A DNA stretch of 64,000 nucleotides from an uncultured virus (IMG/VR IMGVR_UViG_3300047510_001006) (Duplodnaviria; Heunggongvirae; Uroviricota; Caudoviricetes), in the IMG/VR virus record IMGVR_UViG_3300047510_001006. One strand, written 5' to 3'. Position numbers and translations under genes: made by a program. The notes beneath the pieces are model-generated. The model made no database searches, had not been told where the DNA came from, and saw only the letters and a program-made list of their open reading frames with translations. Each line of letters opens with the position of its first letter. Position 1 is the first letter of the stretch. Positions 50,596-59,313 of this stretch are shown piece by piece.

Positions 50596-50979
50596 ATGAA
50601 AAAATCAATAAAAAAATCACAACCAAAACCGCCTGTAAAGAAGTACACGGCTCAAGACTCTGCTCAATATGAAGCAATTGGAAAACGATTTGACGCAAAT
50701 GTGAAAAAATTCACCAGTGCTCCCACAAGAACATTGAGATCAGGTGATCAAACTATTCAAACTAAAGCGGGTCTTCCAGTGGACTTACACGGAACAATAA
50801 GAAGACAAGCGGATAGTATGATGAGAAATCCATATCATGATACAGCCAAGGAAAGATTCAATAAAACAAAAAGTGGTGGATTAAAAGGTACGAAGTCTAC
50901 ACCAAAAAAAGCAGTTGCTGCTTCATCTAAGAAGGCTTCTGTTAGCAAAAAACCAATGATGAAATCAACCAAAAAATGA
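50596..50979 (+). CDS. Lys-rich hypothetical protein
   Basis: 127-aa basic ORF. Confidence 0.55.
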   Translation: MKKSIKKSQPKPPVKKYTAQDSAQYEAIGKRFDANVKKFTSAPTRTLRSGDQTIQTKAGLPVDLHGTIRRQADSMMRNPYHDTAKERFNKTKSGGLKGTKSTPKKAVAASSKKASVSKKPMMKSTKK

Positions 50980-51155
50980 AAAAACCAATAAAAAAAGCCG
51001 CTACTAAGAAGATTTCTGAGTACGGAGGAAAAGAGAAATATGCATCTAAGGCTGCTAAAATGAAGCACGAGAAGAAGGAAGGCAAGAAGATGGAAATGAA
51101 AGAAAAAGCGATGGCTAAGAAGCCAGGTAAAAAACCTTTTATTTACGGTAACTAA
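50976..51155 (+). CDS. Lys-rich 59-aa protein
   Basis: Manual translation; overlaps both neighbours. Confidence 0.55.
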   Translation: MKKPIKKAATKKISEYGGKEKYASKAAKMKHEKKEGKKMEMKEKAMAKKPGKKPFIYGN

Positions 51156-51328
51156 TGATCCAGCAAACTGATTCCACAGCCGATGGGCTTACAATAGTAA
51201 CTGGTGCTTCAGCTCTAATTTCTATTGCAACCGCATGGCAACCTGTTGTGGCCGTAGCCGTAGGGTTAATTGGCTGTATATCGGGTATTATGGCAATTAT
51301 TTATTACTATAAAAAGATCAAAGAATGA
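51155..51328 (+). CDS. Small 2-TM membrane protein, holin-like (57 aa)
   Basis: Manual translation MIQQTDSTADGLTIVTGASALISIATAWQPVVAVAVGLIGCISGIMAIIYYYKKIKE. Confidence 0.55.
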   Translation: MIQQTDSTADGLTIVTGASALISIATAWQPVVAVAVGLIGCISGIMAIIYYYKKIKE

Positions 51329-51606
51329 CTGCTCCTAAAGTTAAAACCAATCCCTTCCCTGTCAGTTTTGAGGAATTCAAAAAGAATCCAGTTGCAGGCG
51401 TGGCTTTTTGTATGTTGGTGGCTGTTAGCTATCTGTACTATGACGGCAAGACGAGCTATCTTGATCAAATTGAAAAGTCTAACCAAAAAATAGACGCACT
51501 TGAAATCAAAGTTGATCGCATGGGCGCTGCTTTGAAAAAGAGCGATAGTGCGCTTTCTGCTGCTATAACAGAATTACGAATTATCAACACAGTTAAAAAA
51601 CTATGA
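51325..51606 (+). CDS. TM + coiled-coil protein (lysis-associated candidate)
   Basis: One TM segment followed by heptad repeats. Confidence 0.5.
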   Translation: MTAPKVKTNPFPVSFEEFKKNPVAGVAFCMLVAVSYLYYDGKTSYLDQIEKSNQKIDALEIKVDRMGAALKKSDSALSAAITELRIINTVKKL

Positions 51607-52049
51607 GAACTCTTATCGTTGCCTTTTGTTTTTTCTTATTGGCTGTAGAACTTGCATTTCCCGTAGGTGCGGTTACTACTCCTCCAATAGATGAGATTGA
51701 GATGATGATGGCGAAGATTCAAAGAAATTTGAGTTTAGCCTCACAGGTAACCAAAGTTGCTCAAACCAAAAGTGCAGCACTTGTTGCACAAAAGCAAGAA
51801 GAGAAAGCCGAATTGAAAGAAGCCGTTGTAGTTGCTGAGGCAAAGGTAGAAGAAGTCAAACACGTAGTGGAAGAAATGGAGCACAAGGTTGAATTTTACG
51901 CTGTTAAAATGATTGGCAGTGGCGTTGACACCTCTTATCAAGAAGTTAGCTTCGGAGGCCCGATATACGAGGCTTACTTGAACTACGTTGAAGAGGGCGG
52001 AAAAGAAGATTTTGATTATTTCAGAATGTATATATGGCAGCAAAAGTAA
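51603..52049 (+). CDS. Signal-peptide/TM + coiled-coil protein
   Basis: Hydrophobic N-terminus, coiled coil. Confidence 0.5.
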   Translation: MRTLIVAFCFFLLAVELAFPVGAVTTPPIDEIEMMMAKIQRNLSLASQVTKVAQTKSAALVAQKQEEKAELKEAVVVAEAKVEEVKHVVEEMEHKVEFYAVKMIGSGVDTSYQEVSFGGPIYEAYLNYVEEGGKEDFDYFRMYIWQQK

Positions 52050-52176
52050 AATCAAGCAAAGAGGCTGCCAAGTGGAAGCCAAAGGCACCAATCAAAAGAC
52101 CGGGTGTTGTTTCTAAAAAGAAAAGTTCTTCATTAAAGACTAGTAAGAACTACGTTAAAAAATACAGAGGACAAGG

Positions 52177-52521
52177 ATGAAAGATGCTTGTTACACTAAG
52201 GTCAAGGCTAAATACGCTGTATTCCCTTCTGCGAGGGCATCACAAGCAATTGCCAAGTGTAGAAAGTCATCTGGAAACGTAAAAAAGACAAAGGCGGGCT
52301 CAGATCTAAAAAGATGGGGAGCAGAGAAGTGGGTAGACACCAAGAGCGGTAAAGCCTGTGGTGCTGGTGGTAAGAACGAGTATTGCCGTCCGTCAAAAAG
52401 AGTATCATCAAAAACCCCAGTAACCAAATCAGAATTAAGTCCATCTAAATTGGCTGCAAAGAAAGCAGAGAAATCAAGAGTTGGTATGGGTAAAAGAGTT
52501 ACTAACATCAAAAAGAAATGA
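52177..52521 (+). CDS. Small basic phage protein (DACY.KVK...PSA.AS; L.RW..EKWVD; YCRPSKRVS)
   Basis: Motifs recognised from small basic proteins of aquatic phages. Confidence 0.6.
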   Translation: MKDACYTKVKAKYAVFPSARASQAIAKCRKSSGNVKKTKAGSDLKRWGAEKWVDTKSGKACGAGGKNEYCRPSKRVSSKTPVTKSELSPSKLAAKKAEKSRVGMGKRVTNIKKK

Positions 52522-52605
52522 TTGGTGGATTCCTATTTGGGTTATTATTTGTTACCTTTACAATAGGAATGTCCTACATCATCGGAGAATACATAGATAA
52601 AAAAG

Positions 52606-52878
52606 ATGGCAAAAAATAAAATCATAGCAAAGAATAAAAGACCAGCTTCAAACAAAGCCACAGGACGCGATTACAGCTACGATAAAGAGTATCAGAAGGG
52701 CAAGGTATCATATCGTCAAGAACTTAACGCAGAGGCCCGCAAAAAGGGTATTTATGGCAAAAGAGCAGCCAAGGGTGTTGACCTCTCTCACAAGAAAGAC
52801 GGAAAGATGGTATTAGAAAAGAAAAGTACCAATCGTGCTCGTCAGGGAAGTAATGGCAAGTCTACCAAGAAGTCCTAA
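52606..52878 (+). CDS. Small basic protein, degenerate HNH-like (RDY..., DLSH, STNR)
   Basis: 90-aa ORF convergent with terminase. Confidence 0.5.
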   Translation: MAKNKIIAKNKRPASNKATGRDYSYDKEYQKGKVSYRQELNAEARKKGIYGKRAAKGVDLSHKKDGKMVLEKKSTNRARQGSNGKSTKKS

Positions 52879-54689
52879 AAAGAAACCTCTCTCCAAACCT
52901 TCATCGCTTTTCCATTCTGATACACTATCATTGGAATTGTTTTCTTCTGAGGCGCAGCATCAACTTTCTTCTTGAGTTTCTCCATCATATCCTTGTGATA
53001 GATTTCACAACCAACAATCGCATCCAACAAATCCGTATTCTCTGTGATGTAAACCTTCGCTTCTTCGATTATCTGCATTATATAAACAGACTCAAAGTTT
53101 TTCCTCAAGTAATCAATCAAGTAAGCATTTGCCCTCTCTGCGGTGTGGTCATTCTTATACCAACCGTAAGGTCTGTCTTTACTAAAGAATGTTTTGCCTA
53201 AGTTTCTTGGAGAAGGAGCCAGTAGATCTTGGCGATTGTTTGTTCGGTATGTATCCAAGATAACGCCACCTCGGTTAATCTCAATCATAACCTTAGCACC
53301 ACCAAAGTAATCCTGTAGGTTGATGTTGTTGCTCATGATTAAATCAGGGTCAGCAGCACGTTCTTTGTAGAATCCAACGTATGTGTTAGTGTCTAAGTTC
53401 TTGATTGCTATACAGTTATCAGAACCGTCTCCCAGCTTAGATGAAATGAAAGGAATCGGGTCCATCCCTGCGATGTATTTGTGATTGGGGTTGTATCTTT
53501 CCAAAAGTGTAAACTTTCCTTCTTTGTCAGGCTTAACTTGCAGTTCACCACTCATGTCCTTATAGATGATACATTTTTCAATCGGTGGGGGCTCAGATAA
53601 AATAATCCTCTCTTGTTGATTTAATTTATGAATAACATCCACAGGTAAAGCACCATGAGCAGTAGAAGAAAACACTTCATTAATATCCAACGGATACTGC
53701 TTGATAAAAGAATTCAAGAACGACTTATCTTCAATCCTATCTAACTTTTCACGAGTCTTATTAATCCACTCGGTCGCACCTTCAATATCAGAATAGCCAT
53801 TAGGACAGAAGTTAAGAATCTTCCCTGTCTCCCTACCTTCACCATCAATCTCAGGGGCTTCCATAATACCCATATTTCCAGGAAGGAATACAGTCAACAG
53901 ATTCAAGTTCTCTGCGTTCTTCCAAAGGTTGTTTGCGAGTTTCTGTCCGATAGATGTTGATTCACCAGCACTACCTCCAATTACAATGGGAGCAACCTTA
54001 ACGAATCCTGACTTTACGCTCGCCTGTGCAGATTTGTAAACTTGGTCTGCTTTGGGGTGAAGGAAAGCTTCGTCCAGAAAACAATGCATCGCACGATAGG
54101 CTTCCAATGCTGTTGGTGTATCAACCGTTTCACGAGTTACAATCTGAGAATCCAATCCGCTAATCTCACCAGTCTTTTGGTCTTTTACGCCCATGTGCAA
54201 ATATCCTACCTGACGAGTGGAGATTACGCTTGGCTTAATGTAAGGGTCAAGGTTGTCGTAAATTACACGAGTCTTTTCCTTGTACAAGTTCTCAAGACGA
54301 GTTTTATCCGCACTTGTAATCAAAGATGTAGAGCCTGGGTTTGTCATTGCAATCCACATAGGAGCTACTCCACCGAAGATTAATGAAAGACCAATCTCAC
54401 GACGCTTGCTGACAAACAAATCGTGGTTAGTTCTGCGGGCTTCTTCGTATGCCTCATAGATTAATTCATCTACATCTCGCCAAATGGGACGCTTTCTGAA
54501 TCCACGAGCATCTTTGATAAAGCACTGTGTGAGGGCAAAGTAATGAATACCAGTTAACCCATCTCTACCATCAATCCAATACTCCCTTTCATTCCCCCAC
54601 CAAATATCCTTTTCTTTCTTGGTTGCGTTTGGGTCAATGTTATATTTAGCAGCCCATATGTCGTATTCAAACCTTGATGCTTTTGTCAT
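52875..54689 (-). CDS. terL: Terminase large subunit
   Basis: Walker A SKRREIGLS, Walker B CFLDEA, nuclease GMDP...DGSD and TDLLDA. Confidence 0.85.
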   Translation of the reverse strand: MTKASRFEYDIWAAKYNIDPNATKKEKDIWWGNEREYWIDGRDGLTGIHYFALTQCFIKDARGFRKRPIWRDVDELIYEAYEEARRTNHDLFVSKRREIGLSLIFGGVAPMWIAMTNPGSTSLITSADKTRLENLYKEKTRVIYDNLDPYIKPSVISTRQVGYLHMGVKDQKTGEISGLDSQIVTRETVDTPTALEAYRAMHCFLDEAFLHPKADQVYKSAQASVKSGFVKVAPIVIGGSAGESTSIGQKLANNLWKNAENLNLLTVFLPGNMGIMEAPEIDGEGRETGKILNFCPNGYSDIEGATEWINKTREKLDRIEDKSFLNSFIKQYPLDINEVFSSTAHGALPVDVIHKLNQQERIILSEPPPIEKCIIYKDMSGELQVKPDKEGKFTLLERYNPNHKYIAGMDPIPFISSKLGDGSDNCIAIKNLDTNTYVGFYKERAADPDLIMSNNINLQDYFGGAKVMIEINRGGVILDTYRTNNRQDLLAPSPRNLGKTFFSKDRPYGWYKNDHTAERANAYLIDYLRKNFESVYIMQIIEEAKVYITENTDLLDAIVGCEIYHKDMMEKLKKKVDAAPQKKTIPMIVYQNGKAMKVWREVSF

Positions 54690-55006
54690 CTTTTCTTTCC
54701 TATTGTTCTATCCAAGAATGAAACACCATCATCAATGATATCTTCTTCTGGGTAGGCTTCTAACTTAGCCAATTTCAATGACTTATTAATCTTATCTCCT
54801 GCTTGCAATAGTTGAAAAATACCCTTTTGGTATTCGTCGTCAAGATTTAGGCTCTTGTCCTTTACCGCATCCATTAACTGTTTTGAAGCAGATACCAGCG
54901 TAGAATAGAAGTCTTTAGCAGGGTCTGAGTCCTGTAACCTTATTCTTTCGATAGCATCTGCTTCAGATATTCTATTTTCCTTTAGGAACTTTTGGAGTTT
55001 TTCCAT
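54686..55006 (-). CDS. Candidate terminase small subunit
   Basis: Helical 106 aa directly upstream of terL; positional only. Confidence 0.4.
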   Translation of the reverse strand: MEKLQKFLKENRISEADAIERIRLQDSDPAKDFYSTLVSASKQLMDAVKDKSLNLDDEYQKGIFQLLQAGDKINKSLKLAKLEAYPEEDIIDDGVSFLDRTIGKKR

Positions 55007-55172
55007 CTTTAATAGATTTGATCTTTTTCTTTTGGTTTTCTATTTGCTTCTGTGCTTTGTTTTTAGCCTCATCATTTTGAGTCTGCTCATAGAATTCCCA
55101 CCAACCGAAAAGTTTTTCAAGTTCTTTTACTTCGTTATTTATATTCGCCATAAGTTTATTGCTGTTTTCCAA
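54972..55172 (-). CDS. Hypothetical protein
   Basis: 66-aa ORF. Confidence 0.5.
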   Translation of the reverse strand: MENSNKLMANINNEVKELEKLFGWWEFYEQTQNDEAKNKAQKQIENQKKKIKSIKDGKTPKVPKGK

Positions 55173-55528
55173 AATTCTAAATCAAATTCAAGCATGTCTC
55201 CCTCAAGTATTTCCCACTTCAAAGACTTAACTAGTTTGAAAAGGTTTGCCAATGCGTGTAGCTGTGCTACTGAAGGGTTGCTTACATATTTATACTCTCC
55301 GTTTACTCCTCCGTGAATTGCTAGGTGAATTTCGGTCTGAGGCCTCAGAACATGAATCTTTCCCTCTCTATCAAGAAAGTGAGTAAACAAATCTTCTTTG
55401 TGTCCTAATCCACCCATGTGATAAGTAGGAGTGTCAAGTTTAGGCTTCTTGCGAGCATACTCCAAGACCTCAGTAGCAACTAATCTATCTTCGGGTCTTG
55501 TGTATGTCCAATAGACGTAGAGTTTCAT
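55139..55528 (-). CDS. Degenerate T7-lysozyme/amidase_2-like protein
   Basis: HF.DREG.I...RP, I...GG and P.VAQL.AL..L pattern, but first Zn-ligand His absent. Confidence 0.4.
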   Translation of the reverse strand: MKLYVYWTYTRPEDRLVATEVLEYARKKPKLDTPTYHMGGLGHKEDLFTHFLDREGKIHVLRPQTEIHLAIHGGVNGEYKYVSNPSVAQLHALANLFKLVKSLKWEILEGDMLEFDLEFWKTAINLWRI

Positions 55529-55800
55529 AACTTAGACCATACGGGTGGTTGTGCATATGCCGAGTCAGGATGAACAAACTCTTCGTTTGATGAGTTGTGC
55601 TGAATCATTTTACTCAAATACCATTGGGCTTTTTTCAAATCTTCAAGTCCACCTTTTTCCTCAAACCGCCAAATGTATTTAAGAATGTTAGCGGTGCACA
55701 CCGCATCCAATCCTTTTTTATTAACTGTGGCGGCTTCAATTGCATCGATTGCCTCGATTTTGCCTTGTCTATAGTGTGATGGGTTGATGTTGTCTTTCAT
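55525..55800 (-). CDS. DUF3310 family protein
   Basis: DNINPSHY..G.IE.ID, N..KY.WR...K...EDL.KA.WYL. Confidence 0.85.
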   Translation of the reverse strand: MKDNINPSHYRQGKIEAIDAIEAATVNKKGLDAVCTANILKYIWRFEEKGGLEDLKKAQWYLSKMIQHNSSNEEFVHPDSAYAQPPVWSKL

Positions 55801-55801
55801 A

Positions 55802-56809
55802 TTACAAAATTTGTCCGTTGATAATCTTAAAGTTTTCTACGTGAAAAGAAAGGTCTTCGTTTACGGTTACATACGCGAATCCGTTTGCCCATTTGGTGAA
55901 AGCATAGGGGCGATAGTCGGGACTCAAATTACAAAGACAACCCATTGACCAAACTCCAACCTGCTCACCTCTTAAATTACTTTCAGAGTGGTGAGAAACT
56001 TGGTGGTAATGACCCACTATTGTTGACGCTTTTGCTTTCAGGAACATACCACGAGCAGGGTTTACGGGTGAGAATACACTCTCTCCCAATTCGTGTCCGT
56101 GCAATACAACAAGGTTTCCTAAATTAATCATCTCTCTATTCACAGGAATGATTCTGTATTCCTCTAATCGCAACAATGACTCCAAACTGATGTCATTTAA
56201 ATCAGCCAGCTCTCGTGCATTTCTCAACACATAGGCACGCATGCGCTCCTCGTGGTTTCCTATCTTGTAGAAAATGGCTTGTGTTGGGAACAGCTCTCTC
56301 AGGTATTGAAAGAAGTTTCTTCCCATTTCTAATTCTTCTGAAATCTTGGGTCTCCGAATCTCCTTAGAGAAACGAGATACATCGTAACAATCCAAGATAT
56401 CACCATTAAGAATAATTGTATCTACTTCGTGAGACAATCCATATTCCAAAGCGGCAGCAAGTGCGTCTTCGTCGTGAAAGGGCAAGTGGATATCAGAAAG
56501 AATCAGATACTTTCCCTTACCTAAATTCACAGGCTCCATGTTTTCAGCCTTAGATACGATGTTCAGTTTTGCTAATCCCTCTTTTACGGTTGAGTGTTGT
56601 ATTTCCGTGACATGCCCGGCAGAAATTACATTTTTTAGGTGGTCTTTTCCGCTGGCTCCTTTGTAATATCGAATTGTTGAGCGTGCCATTTCAACGTCAG
56701 CAAATAATCCTTCCTCTCGTGTAAAAATCATACTTGCCAATGTTCTGTTTGGCAAGTCAGGGAATTGTGCGATATAGCTCAATACTATATCTTGCTTTGT
56801 GCTTTTCAT
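55802..56809 (-). CDS. Calcineurin-like metallophosphoesterase; start revised to 56809
   Basis: SDIH, NGD..D, GNHE, HGH and GHYH motifs. Confidence 0.85.
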   Translation of the reverse strand: MKSTKQDIVLSYIAQFPDLPNRTLASMIFTREEGLFADVEMARSTIRYYKGASGKDHLKNVISAGHVTEIQHSTVKEGLAKLNIVSKAENMEPVNLGKGKYLILSDIHLPFHDEDALAAALEYGLSHEVDTIILNGDILDCYDVSRFSKEIRRPKISEELEMGRNFFQYLRELFPTQAIFYKIGNHEERMRAYVLRNARELADLNDISLESLLRLEEYRIIPVNREMINLGNLVVLHGHELGESVFSPVNPARGMFLKAKASTIVGHYHQVSHHSESNLRGEQVGVWSMGCLCNLSPDYRPYAFTKWANGFAYVTVNEDLSFHVENFKIINGQIL

Positions 56810-57210
56810 TTCTTTATGAATATGGTTGCAATGATACCAATTAAAAACGAAATAACCAAGTACCACCAATTGATGATTTCTTCGGTGTGAATTCTTCCTG
56901 GAACCTTTACCTCGTAAGGTATTGTATCTCTGTAAGTTATGGTGTCGGGCTTAACTGTTACCCCGAAAAAATCACCTTTTCTTTCGATGATCAATTTTTC
57001 GGTGTGAATGATTGTATCGTGTTCAATTATAAATGAATCCTTGTACTCAGGCACCGGTACTTTAACTTCTCTGATGATTGTATCCTTTACGATTACCGTA
57101 TCGGTCTCGACTAAATACGGATATTTGCGTATCAGTCGGTCATATCTTTTTTTCGGAGTGCCACACGAAATTACCGTAATGCACATTGCGATAAATATTG
57201 TTCTTTTCAT
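56806..57210 (-). CDS. Lipoprotein with C-terminal TM helix; candidate unimolecular spanin
   Basis: MKR..hydrophobic..VISC lipobox; DT-rich linker; WWYLVISFLIGIIATIFIKK end. Confidence 0.55.
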   Translation of the reverse strand: MKRTIFIAMCITVISCGTPKKRYDRLIRKYPYLVETDTVIVKDTIIREVKVPVPEYKDSFIIEHDTIIHTEKLIIERKGDFFGVTVKPDTITYRDTIPYEVKVPGRIHTEEIINWWYLVISFLIGIIATIFIKK

Positions 57211-57360
57211 AGTACAAATATAAGGTTTAACCTTACAGGTTTACTATAAAGCACCCAAAAGGGTACGAAAATGAGCCATATAAGACACTTTATGTGCGTG
57301 TTGTGTAGAATTTGTATGATTTATTCATCATTAATGCATTTTGATGCACTAATGAACGAC

Positions 57361-57394
57361 AAAACCCACACTACGGTCAAATAATGTGGGTCTT
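57361..57394 (-). terminator. Possible terminator downstream of RNR
   Basis: ACCCACA...TGTGGGT stem with A-run on + strand. Confidence 0.4.
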
Positions 57395-57443
57395 CTCGGA
57401 TAATTACCGAACTATGTCCAGTAAATTTACATAAAAACTGGAC

Positions 57444-59303
57444 TTACGACACCTCACATCCCGCACCACCACAAGCGGCTTGGTCATTGAGCTTTGTGTT
57501 GTCGCTAATTTCTACAATATTTGCGACATTAAGTTCAGATAGTCCCTTGCTTAATGTTGTGTATTGTTCCTCAGTAATCGTCTCAAATGGAGTCTGTTGG
57601 TATGAACCCAAATCCTCAGGAAGAAAAGAGAGACCGTTGTAGAAGTTTTGATTCTCCCACAACCACTCGCCTACTTCTGCCCACTCGTCTTGCTTGATGG
57701 TTACAGTTGCGCTTACGTTGTGTGTATTGTTTCCTTTCTTGTGTCCTGGATTAATCCAATTCTCATGTAAGTACTTTACCCTTTCCAAAAATGACAGGGC
57801 GGTCTCAGACTCTCTTGTAATTGCTCCCTTTGGTGCAGCAACAGGAATAGAGATAACCGATTGAGATTGAGGCTTCATAACATCGTCCTCAAGAAGTTCA
57901 GGATGGTAAAGAGAAAGGTATGTGTATATCGCCTCGTTTTTACCTACACGTATTCTACGAATGTAATACTCATCATGCCAAGCATGTACGCCCGATGATG
58001 TACCGAGTACCAAAGAAGAAGTTCCCGATGGTTTCACGCAAGTAATACGAGCGGCAGAGTTGATTCCAATCTTATTGGCAAACCACTCGTTTGCTACAGC
58101 AGCAAATCCTGCGGCCTCACCCAAATCTAATTTCATAACTGCTCCACTAGCAATACCTGTCATACCAATTCCAAGTAACGCTTCTTTCTCAGTAGTCTTT
58201 TGCCAAACTGAACGCAAGTAATGAAAATCAGTGTATGATGCCTGAAGAGTACCAATAACAGCAGCGTGATGAACACGAGTATTCAAATCGTCTTGATCAA
58301 CAATGTCAGAAGCGTTTACTTCTACCAAGTTACAAAACTGAAACGGTTGAAGTGCAATCTCACAACAAGGGTTAGTTCCCATATTTACATCGTTAGAGAA
58401 GTAAAACCCAGGCTCACCACTATTACTCAACTCAACCTTTTTCCAAAGATTTAAGAAAGACTCCTTATCAACTACTCCATTTCTCTCAATGACTGCGCTG
58501 TTGTTAGCACGACCACGCTGAGGATTCAACTCCCACCAATTACCAAACTTGCAGGTCAACATATCCTCATCATTATAATCAAACAAGGCAATCATTGCAG
58601 ATCTACGAATACCACCGCTCAATACAGCATCAGCAATGTGACAAAGGATATCGTGACAATCAACCGATGTCAATCTTTCTCCGTCTTGCTTGCGGTCAAA
58701 TATAGCCTCAATGTGAACTAAGCACATCTTCAACGGCTCAGGACCAGGAGCGATGCCTCCACCTGTTTTAATTGGTTCTCCCTTTGCGCGGATAGAACGG
58801 TAATCAAAGTTAGGCTTCCAACCACTCTGTCCAAAGTAAGCCTTAACCAATACTTTTACTGCATCTGCCCAACCCTCAAGAGAATCACCCACCAAATATC
58901 TACGGGTCTTTTCTGCTCTTTTGACTGCGGGAAGTTTGTCAATGTCGTGCTTTTGTACTGAGTACCCAACTCCTGTTCCACTCAATAGTAGGAACATCGT
59001 TTCGTTGAACGCTCTGTAATCGTCTATTGGCAAATAAGAACAGTTGAATAGTCTTGTGTTATTTAATTCGATTGGCTTTCCACCAAATTGAAGTGACCGC
59101 ATAGAAGGAAGTATCTTTTTATCGTAAACATACTGATATGCCCTTTCAATTGTTTCCGTGTGTTCGGGAAACTTGCGCAAGTGCATTTCTTTGTTTCTAT
59201 CCACGAGCTCTTTCCAAGTCTCTCTTCTTTGTTTTTCTGGATTGTACTTGGCATATTTCATCCAAACTGTAATGTCCGATAATATTTTATGTTCCGTATT
59301 CAT
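57444..59303 (-). CDS. nrdJ: Class II (B12-dependent) ribonucleotide reductase
   Basis: FNC, GGIRRSA, TNPCCEI, VKPSGT and C-terminal ACGGAGCE motifs; no beta subunit nearby. Confidence 0.9.
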   Translation of the reverse strand: MNTEHKILSDITVWMKYAKYNPEKQRRETWKELVDRNKEMHLRKFPEHTETIERAYQYVYDKKILPSMRSLQFGGKPIELNNTRLFNCSYLPIDDYRAFNETMFLLLSGTGVGYSVQKHDIDKLPAVKRAEKTRRYLVGDSLEGWADAVKVLVKAYFGQSGWKPNFDYRSIRAKGEPIKTGGGIAPGPEPLKMCLVHIEAIFDRKQDGERLTSVDCHDILCHIADAVLSGGIRRSAMIALFDYNDEDMLTCKFGNWWELNPQRGRANNSAVIERNGVVDKESFLNLWKKVELSNSGEPGFYFSNDVNMGTNPCCEIALQPFQFCNLVEVNASDIVDQDDLNTRVHHAAVIGTLQASYTDFHYLRSVWQKTTEKEALLGIGMTGIASGAVMKLDLGEAAGFAAVANEWFANKIGINSAARITCVKPSGTSSLVLGTSSGVHAWHDEYYIRRIRVGKNEAIYTYLSLYHPELLEDDVMKPQSQSVISIPVAAPKGAITRESETALSFLERVKYLHENWINPGHKKGNNTHNVSATVTIKQDEWAEVGEWLWENQNFYNGLSFLPEDLGSYQQTPFETITEEQYTTLSKGLSELNVANIVEISDNTKLNDQAACGGAGCEVS

Positions 59304-59313
59304 AAGTTAATAA

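Noticed and set aside
57225..57440. Third ncRNA in the gap between nrdJ and the lipoprotein gene
   Set aside because: Only a terminator-like stem and a weak hairpin; not enough structure
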